Positions 12,190 through 21,990 of a stretch of 64,000 nt of DNA are shown here, in pieces. The notes beneath the pieces are model-generated. The model saw only the letters and a list, made by a program, of their open reading frames with translations, was not told the DNA's origin and ran no database searches. The stretch covers positions 256,001 to 320,000 of the forward strand of contig CAWIYV010000011.1 of the NCBI GenBank assembly GCA_963840455.1. The letters run 5' to 3'. The DNA is from Nitrospirota bacterium (GTDB lineage Bacteria; Nitrospirota; UBA9217). Position 1 is the first letter of the stretch, and the number at the start of each line of letters is the position of its first letter. The position numbers and the translations under genes were made by a program.

Positions 12190-12576
12190 TCATTGCTGGC
12201 AGTTATGCAGTGGGTCGAGTTCGTTTCTGACCGTCGTAGCGATGGTCTTCCCGTCGAAGGGCTTTTCGATCCACCGGTTCACGCCGAGCGACGCCAGAAG
12301 CTCCACGGCCTTCCGGGAGCAATCGTCGGTCGTTACCATGATCGGCATGCCGGGTCTCTGCCGCCGGACCTGATCGATCAGTTCATACCCGTTCATGTCC
12401 GGCAGGTCAACCTCCGTGATCAGCATGTCGATCGGCCAGGACCGTACGATATCGAGCGCGCCAATGCCCGTGCCTGATGCATGCATCGAAACGCCCGGCA
12501 GCCTGCTTTGCAGGCAATCCCTCACCGCGTCAAGGATCCTGGGGTTATCGTCTACCAGTAGGACATTCTTCATCAT
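12190..12576 (-). CDS. Single-domain response regulator (phosphoacceptor Asp appears to be Glu)
   Basis: VLLVDD...DMLITEVDLPDMNG...EKPF. Confidence 0.8.
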   Translation of the reverse strand: MMKNVLLVDDNPRILDAVRDCLQSRLPGVSMHASGTGIGALDIVRSWPIDMLITEVDLPDMNGYELIDQVRRQRPGMPIMVTTDDCSRKAVELLASLGVNRWIEKPFDGKTIATTVRNELDPLHNCQQ

Positions 12577-12833
12577 TGGCCGCCTCCTCGGTTCTTGGGT
12601 TCTTGCGCATCATAATGGCCGTCATTCTTTAGAGAGAGGCTTCCGGTCCGGTCCTTTCCCCGATCGGCCAGTTCACCGGCATCCTCGGCAGCCCTTCGCT
12701 TGCAATAGAATAGACACATTTGGTGCCTGTCTATGGAACAGTAGTTTGTGTACTCGAACTCGCTCGGCTGATAGCTATACGATGAGGCCCGGCAGGCCGG
12801 GGCTTTTCCCTCGTCGAGGTAGCGGCATTTCAT
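12573..12833 (-). CDS. Small Cys-rich protein
   Basis: GGAGG RBS then MKCRYL...; four-Cys pattern shared with 12938-13144. Confidence 0.7.
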   Translation of the reverse strand: MKCRYLDEGKAPACRASSYSYQPSEFEYTNYCSIDRHQMCLFYCKRRAAEDAGELADRGKDRTGSLSLKNDGHYDAQEPKNRGGGQ

Positions 12834-12937
12834 GGTTCGTTCCTCCGTGTGCTCATGGTCCGCCCCCCTGGACCGTGCTCCTGCATCTTCCTGCCAGCCC
12901 GCTTCGCGGGCCTGCGCCGCCCCTGCCGGATAAGTGG

Positions 12938-13144
12938 TCAGTTCCCCGGATGTCGCCATACGTGCTCCTTTGTCCCGCTGTACTGCCGCTGCTGGTAGTT
13001 ATTACAGAGCGTATGCCAGGGGACCGAGCAGAACGATGCCCGCTCCGCTCCGCTGGGGATATAGGTGTCCCGGAGGGCAGCGCAGGACTTCATGTAGTTG
13101 CCGATGAAATAGGGACAGGTCACAGCATGATGCAGGTCCTTCAT
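12938..13144 (-). CDS. Small Cys-rich protein (paralogue of 12573-12833)
   Basis: C-x10-C-x6-Y-x-PS-x2-E-x3-(F/Y)C-x4-H-x2-C-x2-Y present in both; RBS AAGGGGA. Confidence 0.7.
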   Translation of the reverse strand: MKDLHHAVTCPYFIGNYMKSCAALRDTYIPSGAERASFCSVPWHTLCNNYQQRQYSGTKEHVWRHPGN

Positions 13145-13165
13145 AACGGATCCCCTTTTGTCGGA

Positions 13166-13283
13166 ATGAATCCAGGAGCAAGCGCTAACCCAGTAGCTGG
13201 CTACGGGATTAGCGAGCGATTAGAATAAATAGTACTGCCCTGAGGATCGAGGATTCCCTCCAGCTTGATGCAGGGAGCTTCAA
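13166..13283 (+). mobile_element. Two-hairpin element copy C
   Basis: ATGAATCCAGGAGC...TTAGCGAGCGATTAGAATAA...TGAGGATCGA...GCAGGGAGCTTCAA. Confidence 0.8.
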
Positions 13284-13384
13284 TGGTGAAGCGCGTTGTC
13301 CCGGCCTGCGCCCGGCACTGGCGGACGTGCCTGTATGCGCATTGTCAATGATGCAATTTTGATCTTTTCAAGGGAAAATCGCTA

Positions 13385-13445
13385 TAGGACGGGGATGAAA
13401 GATGGATAGGACGAAGGGAAAAGCACTGTAGGACCGGGTCTTACA
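13385..13445. promoter_or_regulatory. Putative NarL/UvrY-type regulator binding array
   Basis: TAGGAC at 13385, 13407 and 13429 (22-bp period); imperfect palindrome TGTAGG-N7-CTTACA at 13427-13445. Confidence 0.6.
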
Positions 13446-13484
13446 GGAGACGGGCACAGAACCGTACCGGGTCATGCGGTAAGA

Positions 13485-14117
13485 TCATTCGAGCAGGTGG
13501 TGCTGGATCGCATACCGGGTGATGTCCGCGTTGTTCTTGAAGCCCATCTTGGACAGCACCCGCGACCGGTAGGTGCTGACGGTCTTGATGCTGATCGCGA
13601 GCTCCCCGCCGATATCCTTGGCGGTCTTGCCCATGGCAAGCATGCGCATGATCTGCAGCTCCCGGTCGGACAACAGTTCGTGCGGCGCCCGGTCCGCGGG
13701 CCTGCCGATGTCAATGGCCATGCGTTCTGCGAGAGTATCGCTCACATAGATGCCGCCTTCCAGGATCTTCGTGACCGCGGCGACCATGGCGTCGGCGGCC
13801 GTTTCCTTCGTCAGGTAGCCCGACGCTCCGGCCTTGAGCGCCCGAACTGCGTACTGTTCTTCGGGGTACATGCTGAGCATCAGCACCGGGAGCTTCGGCC
13901 GCTCCTCCTTGATGGTCTTGAGCACCTCGAGGCCCGTGTTCCCCGGCATGGAGATATCGAGCAGCACGAGCCGGTACGTGCCTTTCCGGATACAGGCAAG
14001 GGCCTCCTTGCCGTTCGCCGCCTCGTCCACGCCGTCGATGCCGTCCATCTCCTCCAGGATCTGGCGCAATCCCCGCCGGACGATCGCATGGTCGTCAGCG
14101 ATAAGCACCCTGGTCAT
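13485..14117 (-). CDS. NarL/UvrY-family response regulator
   Basis: IADDH receiver, YAVRALKAGASGYLTK, LuxR HTH LSDRE...SIKTVSTYR. Confidence 0.93.
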   Translation of the reverse strand: MTRVLIADDHAIVRRGLRQILEEMDGIDGVDEAANGKEALACIRKGTYRLVLLDISMPGNTGLEVLKTIKEERPKLPVLMLSMYPEEQYAVRALKAGASGYLTKETAADAMVAAVTKILEGGIYVSDTLAERMAIDIGRPADRAPHELLSDRELQIMRMLAMGKTAKDIGGELAISIKTVSTYRSRVLSKMGFKNNADITRYAIQHHLLE

Positions 14118-17100
14118 GGGCGTGCCTCCTTCCCGCTTTCCTGGACCCCGTCCGGCGGCTGTTCGTCCGACGGGGCCGGCGATCCGGCCGGGAACGCTCC
14201 GCCGGTCGATTGCCGGGTTCCGGACAGCGGTATCGAGACCATGAGGGTCGTTCCCCGGCCCTTGCCGCCGCTGATGCTGAAGTCTCCTCCGAGGAACCGG
14301 ACGCGCTCCCGCATGCCCATCAATCCATAGGACGACGGATCGCCGGCCTTGCGGGCCGGAATGCCCTTTCCGTCATCCTGGACGGTCATGCGGAACCGCT
14401 CCCCCTCCAGGTCCAGCGAAACAACGACGTTTGTTGCCTTCGCATGCCGTGCCACGTTCGTCAGGGACTCCTGGAGCACGCGATAGATGACCGTGGACCG
14501 GGTGCGGTCCATCGTTATGGAAGGGGGCCGGGACAGGACCCGGCACGTCACGCCGCTCCGCTTCTCGAACTCCCTGGCCGCCCACTCAATGGCGGCCTGC
14601 ATCCCGAAGTCGTCCAGCACCGATGGCCGCAGTTCCGACGTGATCCGCTTGACCGAATCGATCGCTCCGTTGATCAGTCCGAGCATTTCCGTTGTCCGTT
14701 CCCGGACAGCTGCGTTCCCGGACGGATGGTTCCGCTTCAGCCATGCAATGTCCATCTTCAGGGCGGTCATGGCCTGCCCGAGCTGGTCATGGACCTCCCG
14801 TGCGATGTGGGCGCGTTCGCCCTCCCGGACAGCCTCGACGTGGGCCTGCAGGTTTCGGAGCTCGCTCGTGCGCTCCCCGACCCGCTGCTCCAGCTCCTCG
14901 TTCAGCAGCAGGAGCGCCTTCTCCGCCTGTTTGCGCGCCGTAACGTCGAGGACCTGCGACATGACCGAGGACATCTTTCCCGTATCGTCCTGTAGCACGG
15001 AATTATACCACTCGCAGTGAATGACCTGTCCGTACTTGGTATAGTTGCGATTAGCCGATGCGACCTTGCGGGACACGCCGTCGGTCAGCTTTTTTACGGT
15101 CTTCTCGACGATCGGGGCGTCCTCCTCGTAGATCATCTTCAGTTCCAGGATCGGTCTGCCGACCGTCTCCGCGGCGCTCCACCCGAAGATGCGCTCCGCC
15201 TCGCCCGTCCACCGGGTCACGATGAAGTTCCTGTCCCACTCGATCACGGCAAGCGGTGAATTCTCCGCATGGAACCGCAGGCGCTCCTCGCTCTCGCGCA
15301 GCGCCTGCTCGGCGCTCTTTATCTGTCGTATATCCAGGTTGATCCCGGCCCAATACTGCACCGCGCCTTGTTCATCCCGCACGGGAACGCCGCGGGCCAG
15401 GACCGGATACCATTGTCCGTCCACGCCGCGGAACCGGTGCTCGATGTCCCAGTTCCCCCCGGTGCGGACGCATTCCTTCCATGCGGCGATCGTTCGCTCC
15501 GCATCGTCGGGATGGAGCACCTCGCCCCAGCCAAAGCTGGAACACTGTTCCTGCGTAAGCCCCACCAACTTCAGGAAGGAATCGCTTGCGTAGATGTTGC
15601 GGCCTTCAGGGTCGCAGATCCAGATGCCGAAATCGATACTCTCACCGATGGCGCGATAGAGCCGTTCGCTCTTGCGGAGCGACTCCTCAGCCAGCTTGAG
15701 CGCTGTGATATCCTGGACGGACACGGCGCATCCGACGATCTTTCCTTCGGAATCGCGGACCGGCGAGGCACTGTTGATGACATATGCATCGGACCCGTCG
15801 AACCTCCTGATCCGCATCACCTGTCCGGACACGATCTCGCCCCGTTGCACGGCAATGGCCGATGCCCATTCACCGGGTTGAACGGGCTTCCCCGTGTCTG
15901 CCCACCATGCCTGGTAAGCGGTATAGTCCTCAACGGACCGTATTGCCGGCCTAGGTCCGCCCCATATGAGGTCATATCCGCGGTTGGAACGCACATTGCC
16001 GCCCTGCGCATCGGTAATAGCCACGCCGACCGGCAGCGCCTCCATGACAGCCGCGAGAAGACGCTTCTCGTTCTCTGCAGCCTCGCGGGCCAGTTCCTTT
16101 TCCTCGGTCCGCTGTCGCAGCACATCCTCCGCATGCTTGCGCTCGGTGATGTCATAGGCGTAAATGCGCGCGACATTGAACTGGGGGGCAAGTAATATGA
16201 CCGCGCCGAAGACCCTCTCCTTGATGACGATCTCACGATACAGGGTTTTTTCTCGTGACCTGTCCCAACTTTCCAGAATATCTTTCAGATCCGGGGGGAA
16301 GAAGGCCACGACATTCGCCTCGTCCATCCCGAGGGCTTTCAGGGTCTTTACCATGGCCGGATTGAAGAAGGTGATCCTGCCGGAAGCGTCCACTTCCAGG
16401 ATCGGGTTCGGATTCAACTGAGGGAACGAAGCAAGATGCGCAGTCCGCTCCTCTATCCGCTTGCGCTCGGTGATGTCGCGGCTGAAAAAGGCCACTGCTG
16501 TAATCTTCCCTGTGTCGTCGCGCACGGGATACACGGTATGGTCGAAGATCATGCCCGCCCGTTCGTCTTCGAAGCGGACCGGACCGCCGGTGCGCACAAC
16601 GTCTTCAACCTTCTTCTTGCGTGATGCCGCCAATTCAGGGCCTATCAAATTCTGCCATTTCGTCCCGACAACTTCATCGACATGCATACCCAGCCGCTGG
16701 GCGGCAGTGGCATTAGCCGCAAGGATATCGCCCTGAAGACCAAACAGCCAGATGGACTCGTCAGCGGCATTGATGAGCGCACTGGCCTTCAACTCATGGT
16801 CCCGCAGGGCCTTTTCGGACAGCGTGCGCTCCGTAATATCGGTGATCGCATTTGCGAAACGGTTGTACCCGGCCGGAAAAGACAGGACATGGTGGTACCG
16901 CCGGGTGAACTTTGCATAGGCCTCGAATTCCACCGATTTCTGATTGGCGACCACCGCCGCGAACCGCGGCAAGTATTCCGGAATGGCTTCCGGGGAAACA
17001 TCGCTCATGCGGCTACCCACGATACGTTCGCGGGGTACACCCGTATGCTTTGTATACGCGTCGTTCACCTCCAGCACGCGCCAGTCCACGGGCTTGCCAT

Positions 17101-18136
17101 GATTATCATACAGCAGCTCATAGAGCGCGAATCCCTCCGCCATGTTCTCGAACAGCAGGCGGTATTTTTCTTCGCTCCTGCCAAGCGTCTGCGCAGCATT
17201 CCTGCGCTCGGTGATATTATCAAAGACCGCCGTAAAGTGGTCCCGCTCCGTACTGTACACCGAGATGGACAGCCACATTTCCAGCGGCTTGAACTCGATC
17301 TCGAACTTTTCGATCCTGCCGGTCGCGGCAACGCGTCCGTAGGTCTCCAGCAGTTCCGGATGGGACTCCCTGATCCCGGGGATCACGTCGGTGGCCCTCA
17401 TGCCGACCACGTCCTTCAGGCCGGTCAGCCGTTCGAATGCGCTGTTGACGGAGAGATAGACAAAGTCCACTGGCCGCCCGCTCCTGTCATATACCATTCT
17501 GCAGTATGCGTAGCCGTCCAGCATGTTCTCGAACAGCGACCGGTAACGCAGTTCGCTTTCCTGAAGAGCTGCCTTCGCATTCCTTCGGCCGGTGATGTCG
17601 CTGATCGCCGTCCGGACGGCTACGGCCTTCCCGTCAGGGTCTTCAACGGCAATGCTTTCGAGCAGAGCAAAAAAATCGGTCCCCTTCCTCCGTTTGAGCC
17701 TGATCTCGATCGACTGCTTCGTCCGTTCCTCCGATACCTCGGAGCAATGCCGCTGGAATGCATCTCGGTCGTCCTTGGAAACGAAGGCCGAAAAGGGCTT
17801 CTTCACCAGGGAACGCCTCTCGATGCCCAGCAGGTTGGCAGCGGTGAGATTGACCTCGCGGACCACGCCTGCCTTGTCGAAGGTGAGATAGCCGACCGGC
17901 GCGAAGTCGTAGAGGTCGGCATATCTGTTGCGTGATGCCTCAAGCTCTTCCTGGGTCTTGCGCAGCTCCTCGTTCTGCATCTCCAGCTCGATCTGGTGCG
18001 TGCCGAGTTCGTGGACCATGTCGCGCGTTCCCCTGGCGGAGAGCTTCTGAGGCCGCTCCAGTTGCGTGCTGAGCTTTTTTTCCGCTTTTTTGCGGAGGGC
18101 CGCGACGTTGCCTGGCGCTGTTCTTGGTTTTTTCAT
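14114..18136 (-). CDS. Cytoplasmic multi-PAS histidine kinase (HisKA_3)
   Basis: Repeated PAS/PAC units ending in DITERK-like linkers; H-box ERAHIAREVHDQLGQ; N box ESLTNVARHA; G box DDGKG; no TM segment. Confidence 0.93.
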   Translation of the reverse strand: MKKPRTAPGNVAALRKKAEKKLSTQLERPQKLSARGTRDMVHELGTHQIELEMQNEELRKTQEELEASRNRYADLYDFAPVGYLTFDKAGVVREVNLTAANLLGIERRSLVKKPFSAFVSKDDRDAFQRHCSEVSEERTKQSIEIRLKRRKGTDFFALLESIAVEDPDGKAVAVRTAISDITGRRNAKAALQESELRYRSLFENMLDGYAYCRMVYDRSGRPVDFVYLSVNSAFERLTGLKDVVGMRATDVIPGIRESHPELLETYGRVAATGRIEKFEIEFKPLEMWLSISVYSTERDHFTAVFDNITERRNAAQTLGRSEEKYRLLFENMAEGFALYELLYDNHGKPVDWRVLEVNDAYTKHTGVPRERIVGSRMSDVSPEAIPEYLPRFAAVVANQKSVEFEAYAKFTRRYHHVLSFPAGYNRFANAITDITERTLSEKALRDHELKASALINAADESIWLFGLQGDILAANATAAQRLGMHVDEVVGTKWQNLIGPELAASRKKKVEDVVRTGGPVRFEDERAGMIFDHTVYPVRDDTGKITAVAFFSRDITERKRIEERTAHLASFPQLNPNPILEVDASGRITFFNPAMVKTLKALGMDEANVVAFFPPDLKDILESWDRSREKTLYREIVIKERVFGAVILLAPQFNVARIYAYDITERKHAEDVLRQRTEEKELAREAAENEKRLLAAVMEALPVGVAITDAQGGNVRSNRGYDLIWGGPRPAIRSVEDYTAYQAWWADTGKPVQPGEWASAIAVQRGEIVSGQVMRIRRFDGSDAYVINSASPVRDSEGKIVGCAVSVQDITALKLAEESLRKSERLYRAIGESIDFGIWICDPEGRNIYASDSFLKLVGLTQEQCSSFGWGEVLHPDDAERTIAAWKECVRTGGNWDIEHRFRGVDGQWYPVLARGVPVRDEQGAVQYWAGINLDIRQIKSAEQALRESEERLRFHAENSPLAVIEWDRNFIVTRWTGEAERIFGWSAAETVGRPILELKMIYEEDAPIVEKTVKKLTDGVSRKVASANRNYTKYGQVIHCEWYNSVLQDDTGKMSSVMSQVLDVTARKQAEKALLLLNEELEQRVGERTSELRNLQAHVEAVREGERAHIAREVHDQLGQAMTALKMDIAWLKRNHPSGNAAVRERTTEMLGLINGAIDSVKRITSELRPSVLDDFGMQAAIEWAAREFEKRSGVTCRVLSRPPSITMDRTRSTVIYRVLQESLTNVARHAKATNVVVSLDLEGERFRMTVQDDGKGIPARKAGDPSSYGLMGMRERVRFLGGDFSISGGKGRGTTLMVSIPLSGTRQSTGGAFPAGSPAPSDEQPPDGVQESGKEARP

Positions 18137-18510
18137 AGCTCGTTTCCGTTAACCATCGCTCTACGACCGGTCTTTTTCGTCATCGTTCATGCGGAGTTTT
18201 CTCATCCAGGGCGCGAAGCCTGCGGAGCTCTTCCGGATCGCTGTCAGCGTTCATTGCTCTCGCGCGTTTGTTTTCCAGGCCACTCTCCCCCCGGAATAAT
18301 GAGACCTTCTGTACGCGAGATCAGGGCCTGTGCGGGAGCAGGATCAAGGATGGTGCAAATTCCGTATTGAATTATAGTACGCGGTATGCCAAAAGTAAAC
18401 GTTTTCATCCTCGCTATCCCGGGTCAGCCGGGGGACGGGCGGATGAGCGATCCTGTGCCCTTCCCGGAGAGCGGCCGTTCACCGCCTGATGTCTCCGGGA
18501 ATATTTCCCC

Positions 18511-18539
18511 TTGACAGAAATTGTAGCGTGCGTTACACT
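18511..18539 (+). promoter_or_regulatory. sigma70 promoter of the chr operon with an overlapping palindromic operator
   Basis: TTGACA-17-TACACT; TGTAGCG-tg-CGTTACA at 18522-18537. Confidence 0.75.
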
Positions 18540-18568
18540 CATATCATAAGTTACTTAGGAGGTGTGCC

Positions 18569-18787
18569 ATGAAGACCCTGTTCAGATATATGATCGACCG
18601 GTTGACCGAAGCAGCCATGCTCGAAGAGGGGGTCCAGCTCGAACCAGCCCCTGCCGCCGTTTGCGATCCCTTTACCGAATCGCTCGAAGAGAACCTTGTG
18701 GAGGTCGCCTTTGCCGAAGCAGCGGACTACGACGATATCCACACGGCGATCCTGAACGAGCACCTGCGGCGCTGCGCCGCCGCCTGA
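18569..18787 (+). CDS. Small acidic hypothetical protein
   Basis: Strong RBS AGGAGG; first ORF of the chr operon. Confidence 0.65.
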   Translation: MKTLFRYMIDRLTEAAMLEEGVQLEPAPAAVCDPFTESLEENLVEVAFAEAADYDDIHTAILNEHLRRCAAA

Positions 18788-18791
18788 TGCC

Positions 18792-19773
18792 ATGACCGGA
18801 AAACCATCCCCGGAATGGCTGCTGATCTTCTACAGCGTACCCGCGCACCCCGTGAGCGGCAGGATGAAGATGTGGCGCAGGCTCGCCAAGGCAGGTGCGG
18901 TGCAGCTCAAGGGCGCTGTCTACATCCTTCCGGCGAACGATGAGCACCAGGAGCTTTTCCAGTGGATCATCGGAGAGGTCAAGTCCCTCGGCGGCGACGG
19001 TTCTTTTGTGCGCACGCCGCGCATCGAGACGCTCAAGGACGCCGAGGTGCGGAGTCTCTTTAACGCTCAACGGGACGCGGAGTACCGGGAGCTGGATAAG
19101 CTCCTCGACGATATGGACCGCAAAGTTCAGAGCGCCCGCAAAGGCGCCGTGGGAGGGATCCGGGACAGCGTCGCCGGACCTCTGGCAACGCTCCGGAAGA
19201 CCTACGACGAGATCAGAAGCAGGGACTTCTTCGACGCCCCCTCGGGCAAAGCGACGGAGAGGCGCATCCGGTCCCTCGAAGCTCTGCTCAAGGGGCTGCA
19301 GGAGCCCGAGGCAAAGGAACACGGCCCCCTTGTCCGGAAGGATCCGAAAGCGTACCGCCGGAAGGTCTGGGTGACCCGCAAGCGGCCCTTCATCGACCGC
19401 ATGGCCTCCGCCTGGCTCATTAGACGCTTTGTGGACCCCGCGGCAATGTTCCGTTTCATCGACGAAAAGGATGCCGACAGGCTCTCGACGGGCGAGATCG
19501 CCTTTGACCTGCAGGGCGGCGAGTTCACGCATCATGGAGAGCTCTGCACCTTTGAGGTCCTGGTGCGGTCCTTCGGCATCAAGGACAAGGCCGTCAGAAA
19601 GATCGCCGAGATCGTCCACGACCTGGATGTGAAGGATGACCGGTACGGCAATTCTGCAGGAAGCGGCATCGAAGAGGTCCTGACCGGCATCAGGAAGACC
19701 GATCAAGGAAGACGCCGATATGCTCGAGAAAGGCATGGCCGTGTTCGAGATGATGTATCAATCCAGGACCTAG
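18792..19773 (+). CDS. chrB: Chromate resistance regulator ChrB, with an apparent +1 frameshift at about 19698-19701
   Basis: RMKMWRRL..GAV.LK..VY.LP; WVTRKRPFIDRMASAWLIRRFVD; FD..GGEFTH..CTFE; the plausible C-terminus IKEDADMLEKGMAVFEMMYQSRT* (stop 19771-19773) lies in another frame. Confidence 0.8.
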
Positions 19774-19798
19774 CACGCCCTGCAAGGGAGAACCGGTC

Positions 19799-21067
19799 AT
19801 GTCAGCAGATGAGATCACGTTTCGAGAGTCAGTGCGGTACTGGTTCAAGCTGGGGTTCATCAGCTTCGGCGGCCCGACCGGCCAGATCGCCATGATGCAC
19901 AAGGAGGTTGTGGAGAACAAGAAATGGCTCCCTGAGGACCAATTTCTCCATGCCCTGAACTTCTGCATGCTGCTGCCCGGCCCGGAAGCCCAGCAGCTTG
20001 CGACCTATATTGGCTGGAGGCTCCACGGGGCCCGCGGCGCTCTCGCCGCCGGCATTCTTTTCGTCCTGCCCTCCATCTTCATACTCTGGGGCCTGAGCTG
20101 GGCCTATGTTGCCCTCGGCACCCTTCCCTCGGTCGCGGGACTCCTGTTCGGGCTGAAAGCGGCTGTTGTCGCCATCGTCGCCGAGGCGGTGATCCGTATC
20201 GGAAAGAAGTCTCTCAAGAACGGCCTTCTCATCGGCCTTGCGGCCCTGTCGTTCGCGGCAATCTTCTTCCTGAACACTCCCTTCCCCGTGATCGTTGCTG
20301 TTGCCGGCATCATTGGCTATGCTCTGAACACCCGCCTCACCGGTGCTGGAGCGGCTGCACAACAGACTCCGTACGGGACACCGCGGACCTTATCGAACGG
20401 CTGGCTCAGGGTGGTGAGGATCGCGGCCATCGGCCTTTTGCTCTGGTTCCTGCCGCTCATTCTCGTTGGACTGTGGCGAGGATGGGACGACATCCTGGTG
20501 GACATCGGCATTCTGTTCAGCAAGGCGGCGGTCGTGACCTTCGGCGGCGCCTATGCCGTCCTGGGCTATATCGGCCAGCAGGCTGTGACCGTCCACGGCT
20601 GGCTCCTGCCCGAGCAGATGATGGACGGCCTCGGCCTTGCCGAGACCACGCCCGGCCCGCTCATCATGGTGAACCAGTTCGTTGCCTATGTCTCGGCCTA
20701 CACGCATGCTCCGGGGCTTGCCCCGGCGCTCGCCGGCGCCATTGCGGGCCTGCTTGCCACGTGGGTCACCTTCACACCCTCCATGCTCTGGATCTTCATC
20801 GGCGCGCCGTACATCGAGACGCTCCGGAGGAACGCGAAGCTCGCCTCGGCCCTCGCGGCCATCACGGCCGCAGTCGTGGGTGTGGTGCTGAACCTGGGCG
20901 TCACCTTCACCTACCACGCGCTCTTCCCGGAGACCGGCGGGTTCGAGTGGTTCACTCTCGCGACCGCACTCGTCGCCTTCTTAGGCATGCAGTACCAAAA
21001 GTGGCCCATGGTCCCGGTGATCATCGGGTCGGCAGTGACAGGACTCTTCTGGAAGATGGTCGGATAA
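19799..21067 (+). CDS. chrA: Chromate efflux transporter ChrA (long, two-domain)
   Basis: SFGGPTGQIA, LLPGPEAQQ, TFGGAYAV, ETTPGP. Confidence 0.95.
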   Translation: MSADEITFRESVRYWFKLGFISFGGPTGQIAMMHKEVVENKKWLPEDQFLHALNFCMLLPGPEAQQLATYIGWRLHGARGALAAGILFVLPSIFILWGLSWAYVALGTLPSVAGLLFGLKAAVVAIVAEAVIRIGKKSLKNGLLIGLAALSFAAIFFLNTPFPVIVAVAGIIGYALNTRLTGAGAAAQQTPYGTPRTLSNGWLRVVRIAAIGLLLWFLPLILVGLWRGWDDILVDIGILFSKAAVVTFGGAYAVLGYIGQQAVTVHGWLLPEQMMDGLGLAETTPGPLIMVNQFVAYVSAYTHAPGLAPALAGAIAGLLATWVTFTPSMLWIFIGAPYIETLRRNAKLASALAAITAAVVGVVLNLGVTFTYHALFPETGGFEWFTLATALVAFLGMQYQKWPMVPVIIGSAVTGLFWKMVG

Positions 21068-21091
21068 CAGGGCGAAAAGGAGGAAAGGACG

Positions 21092-21376
21092 ATGCCGTCA
21101 ATCGAAAAACACCTGAAAGCGAGCCTGGACGCGAGAGGAAAGGACTTCAAGGCGGTCCATGAGTGGCTCGACGGCGACCCCGCCAAGAAGGCGGAGCGCC
21201 ACGACATCACGCGGATCTTCGAATTTGGCACGATGTTCGAGCAGCAGTACGGGAAAGAAGCGCGGGAGGAATATATCCGCCACCTCCATGACGATGTGAA
21301 GGCCAAGTTCGACCATCTCCGGCACGACATGGAAAAGCAGATGACCGACACGCTGGCTTATTTCGGCGTAAAATAG
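21092..21376 (+). CDS. Small hypothetical protein with His/Asp motifs
   Basis: RBS GGAGGA; KH..., VHEWLD, RHD, HLHDD. Confidence 0.7.
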   Translation: MPSIEKHLKASLDARGKDFKAVHEWLDGDPAKKAERHDITRIFEFGTMFEQQYGKEAREEYIRHLHDDVKAKFDHLRHDMEKQMTDTLAYFGVK

Positions 21377-21386
21377 GAGGCGCACC

Positions 21387-21938
21387 ATGGGATACACCGT
21401 TCAGCAGGCGGACATCGACATCCTGCGAAAGGCCGGCATGTCGGATGACGATGTCACCCACAGCGTTCACGTTGCGGAAAAGGCGCTCGAGATAGCCCGG
21501 CGTATCGGCGGGAACAGCATCGACCAGGAGCTCGTGGGACGGGGAGCGTTGTTCCACGACCTCGGAAAGACGAAGACGCACGAGATGGAGCACGGCAAGA
21601 TCGGCGCGGAGCTGGGCAAAGAGATCGGGCTGCCTGACGAGATCACGGCCATCATGGAAAAGCATATCCGGGGAGGCCTGACCGAAGGCGAAGCCCGGGA
21701 GCTCGGGCTGCCGGTGAAGGACTACACGCTCCGGAGGCTCGAAGAGCGGATCGTGATTTACGCGGACCGGCTCGTGGACATCATCCACGACGGCATCGTG
21801 AAGATCGCAACTGAACGTGAGGCCGAGGCCCGATTCGAGGACATCCTTCGGAACTATCCCAAGTACGGCAAGAACCAGATCACCCTGGACCGGTACCTTG
21901 GTTACCACCGGGAGATCGAGGACCTGATGAAGCGCTGA
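21387..21938 (+). CDS. HD-domain phosphohydrolase (HDIG-type)
   Basis: HSVHV...LFHDLGK...HGKIG...KH...YAD. Confidence 0.85.
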   Translation: MGYTVQQADIDILRKAGMSDDDVTHSVHVAEKALEIARRIGGNSIDQELVGRGALFHDLGKTKTHEMEHGKIGAELGKEIGLPDEITAIMEKHIRGGLTEGEARELGLPVKDYTLRRLEERIVIYADRLVDIIHDGIVKIATEREAEARFEDILRNYPKYGKNQITLDRYLGYHREIEDLMKR

Positions 21939-21955
21939 TCGCTTGTCGGCATCGC

Positions 21956-21990
21956 ACAGCAAGGGCGGCCGGATCGGCCGCCCTTGCTGT
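21956..21990. terminator. Palindrome / REP-like terminator
   Basis: ACAGCAAGGGCGGCC-ggatc-GGCCGCCCTTGCTGT. Confidence 0.7.
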
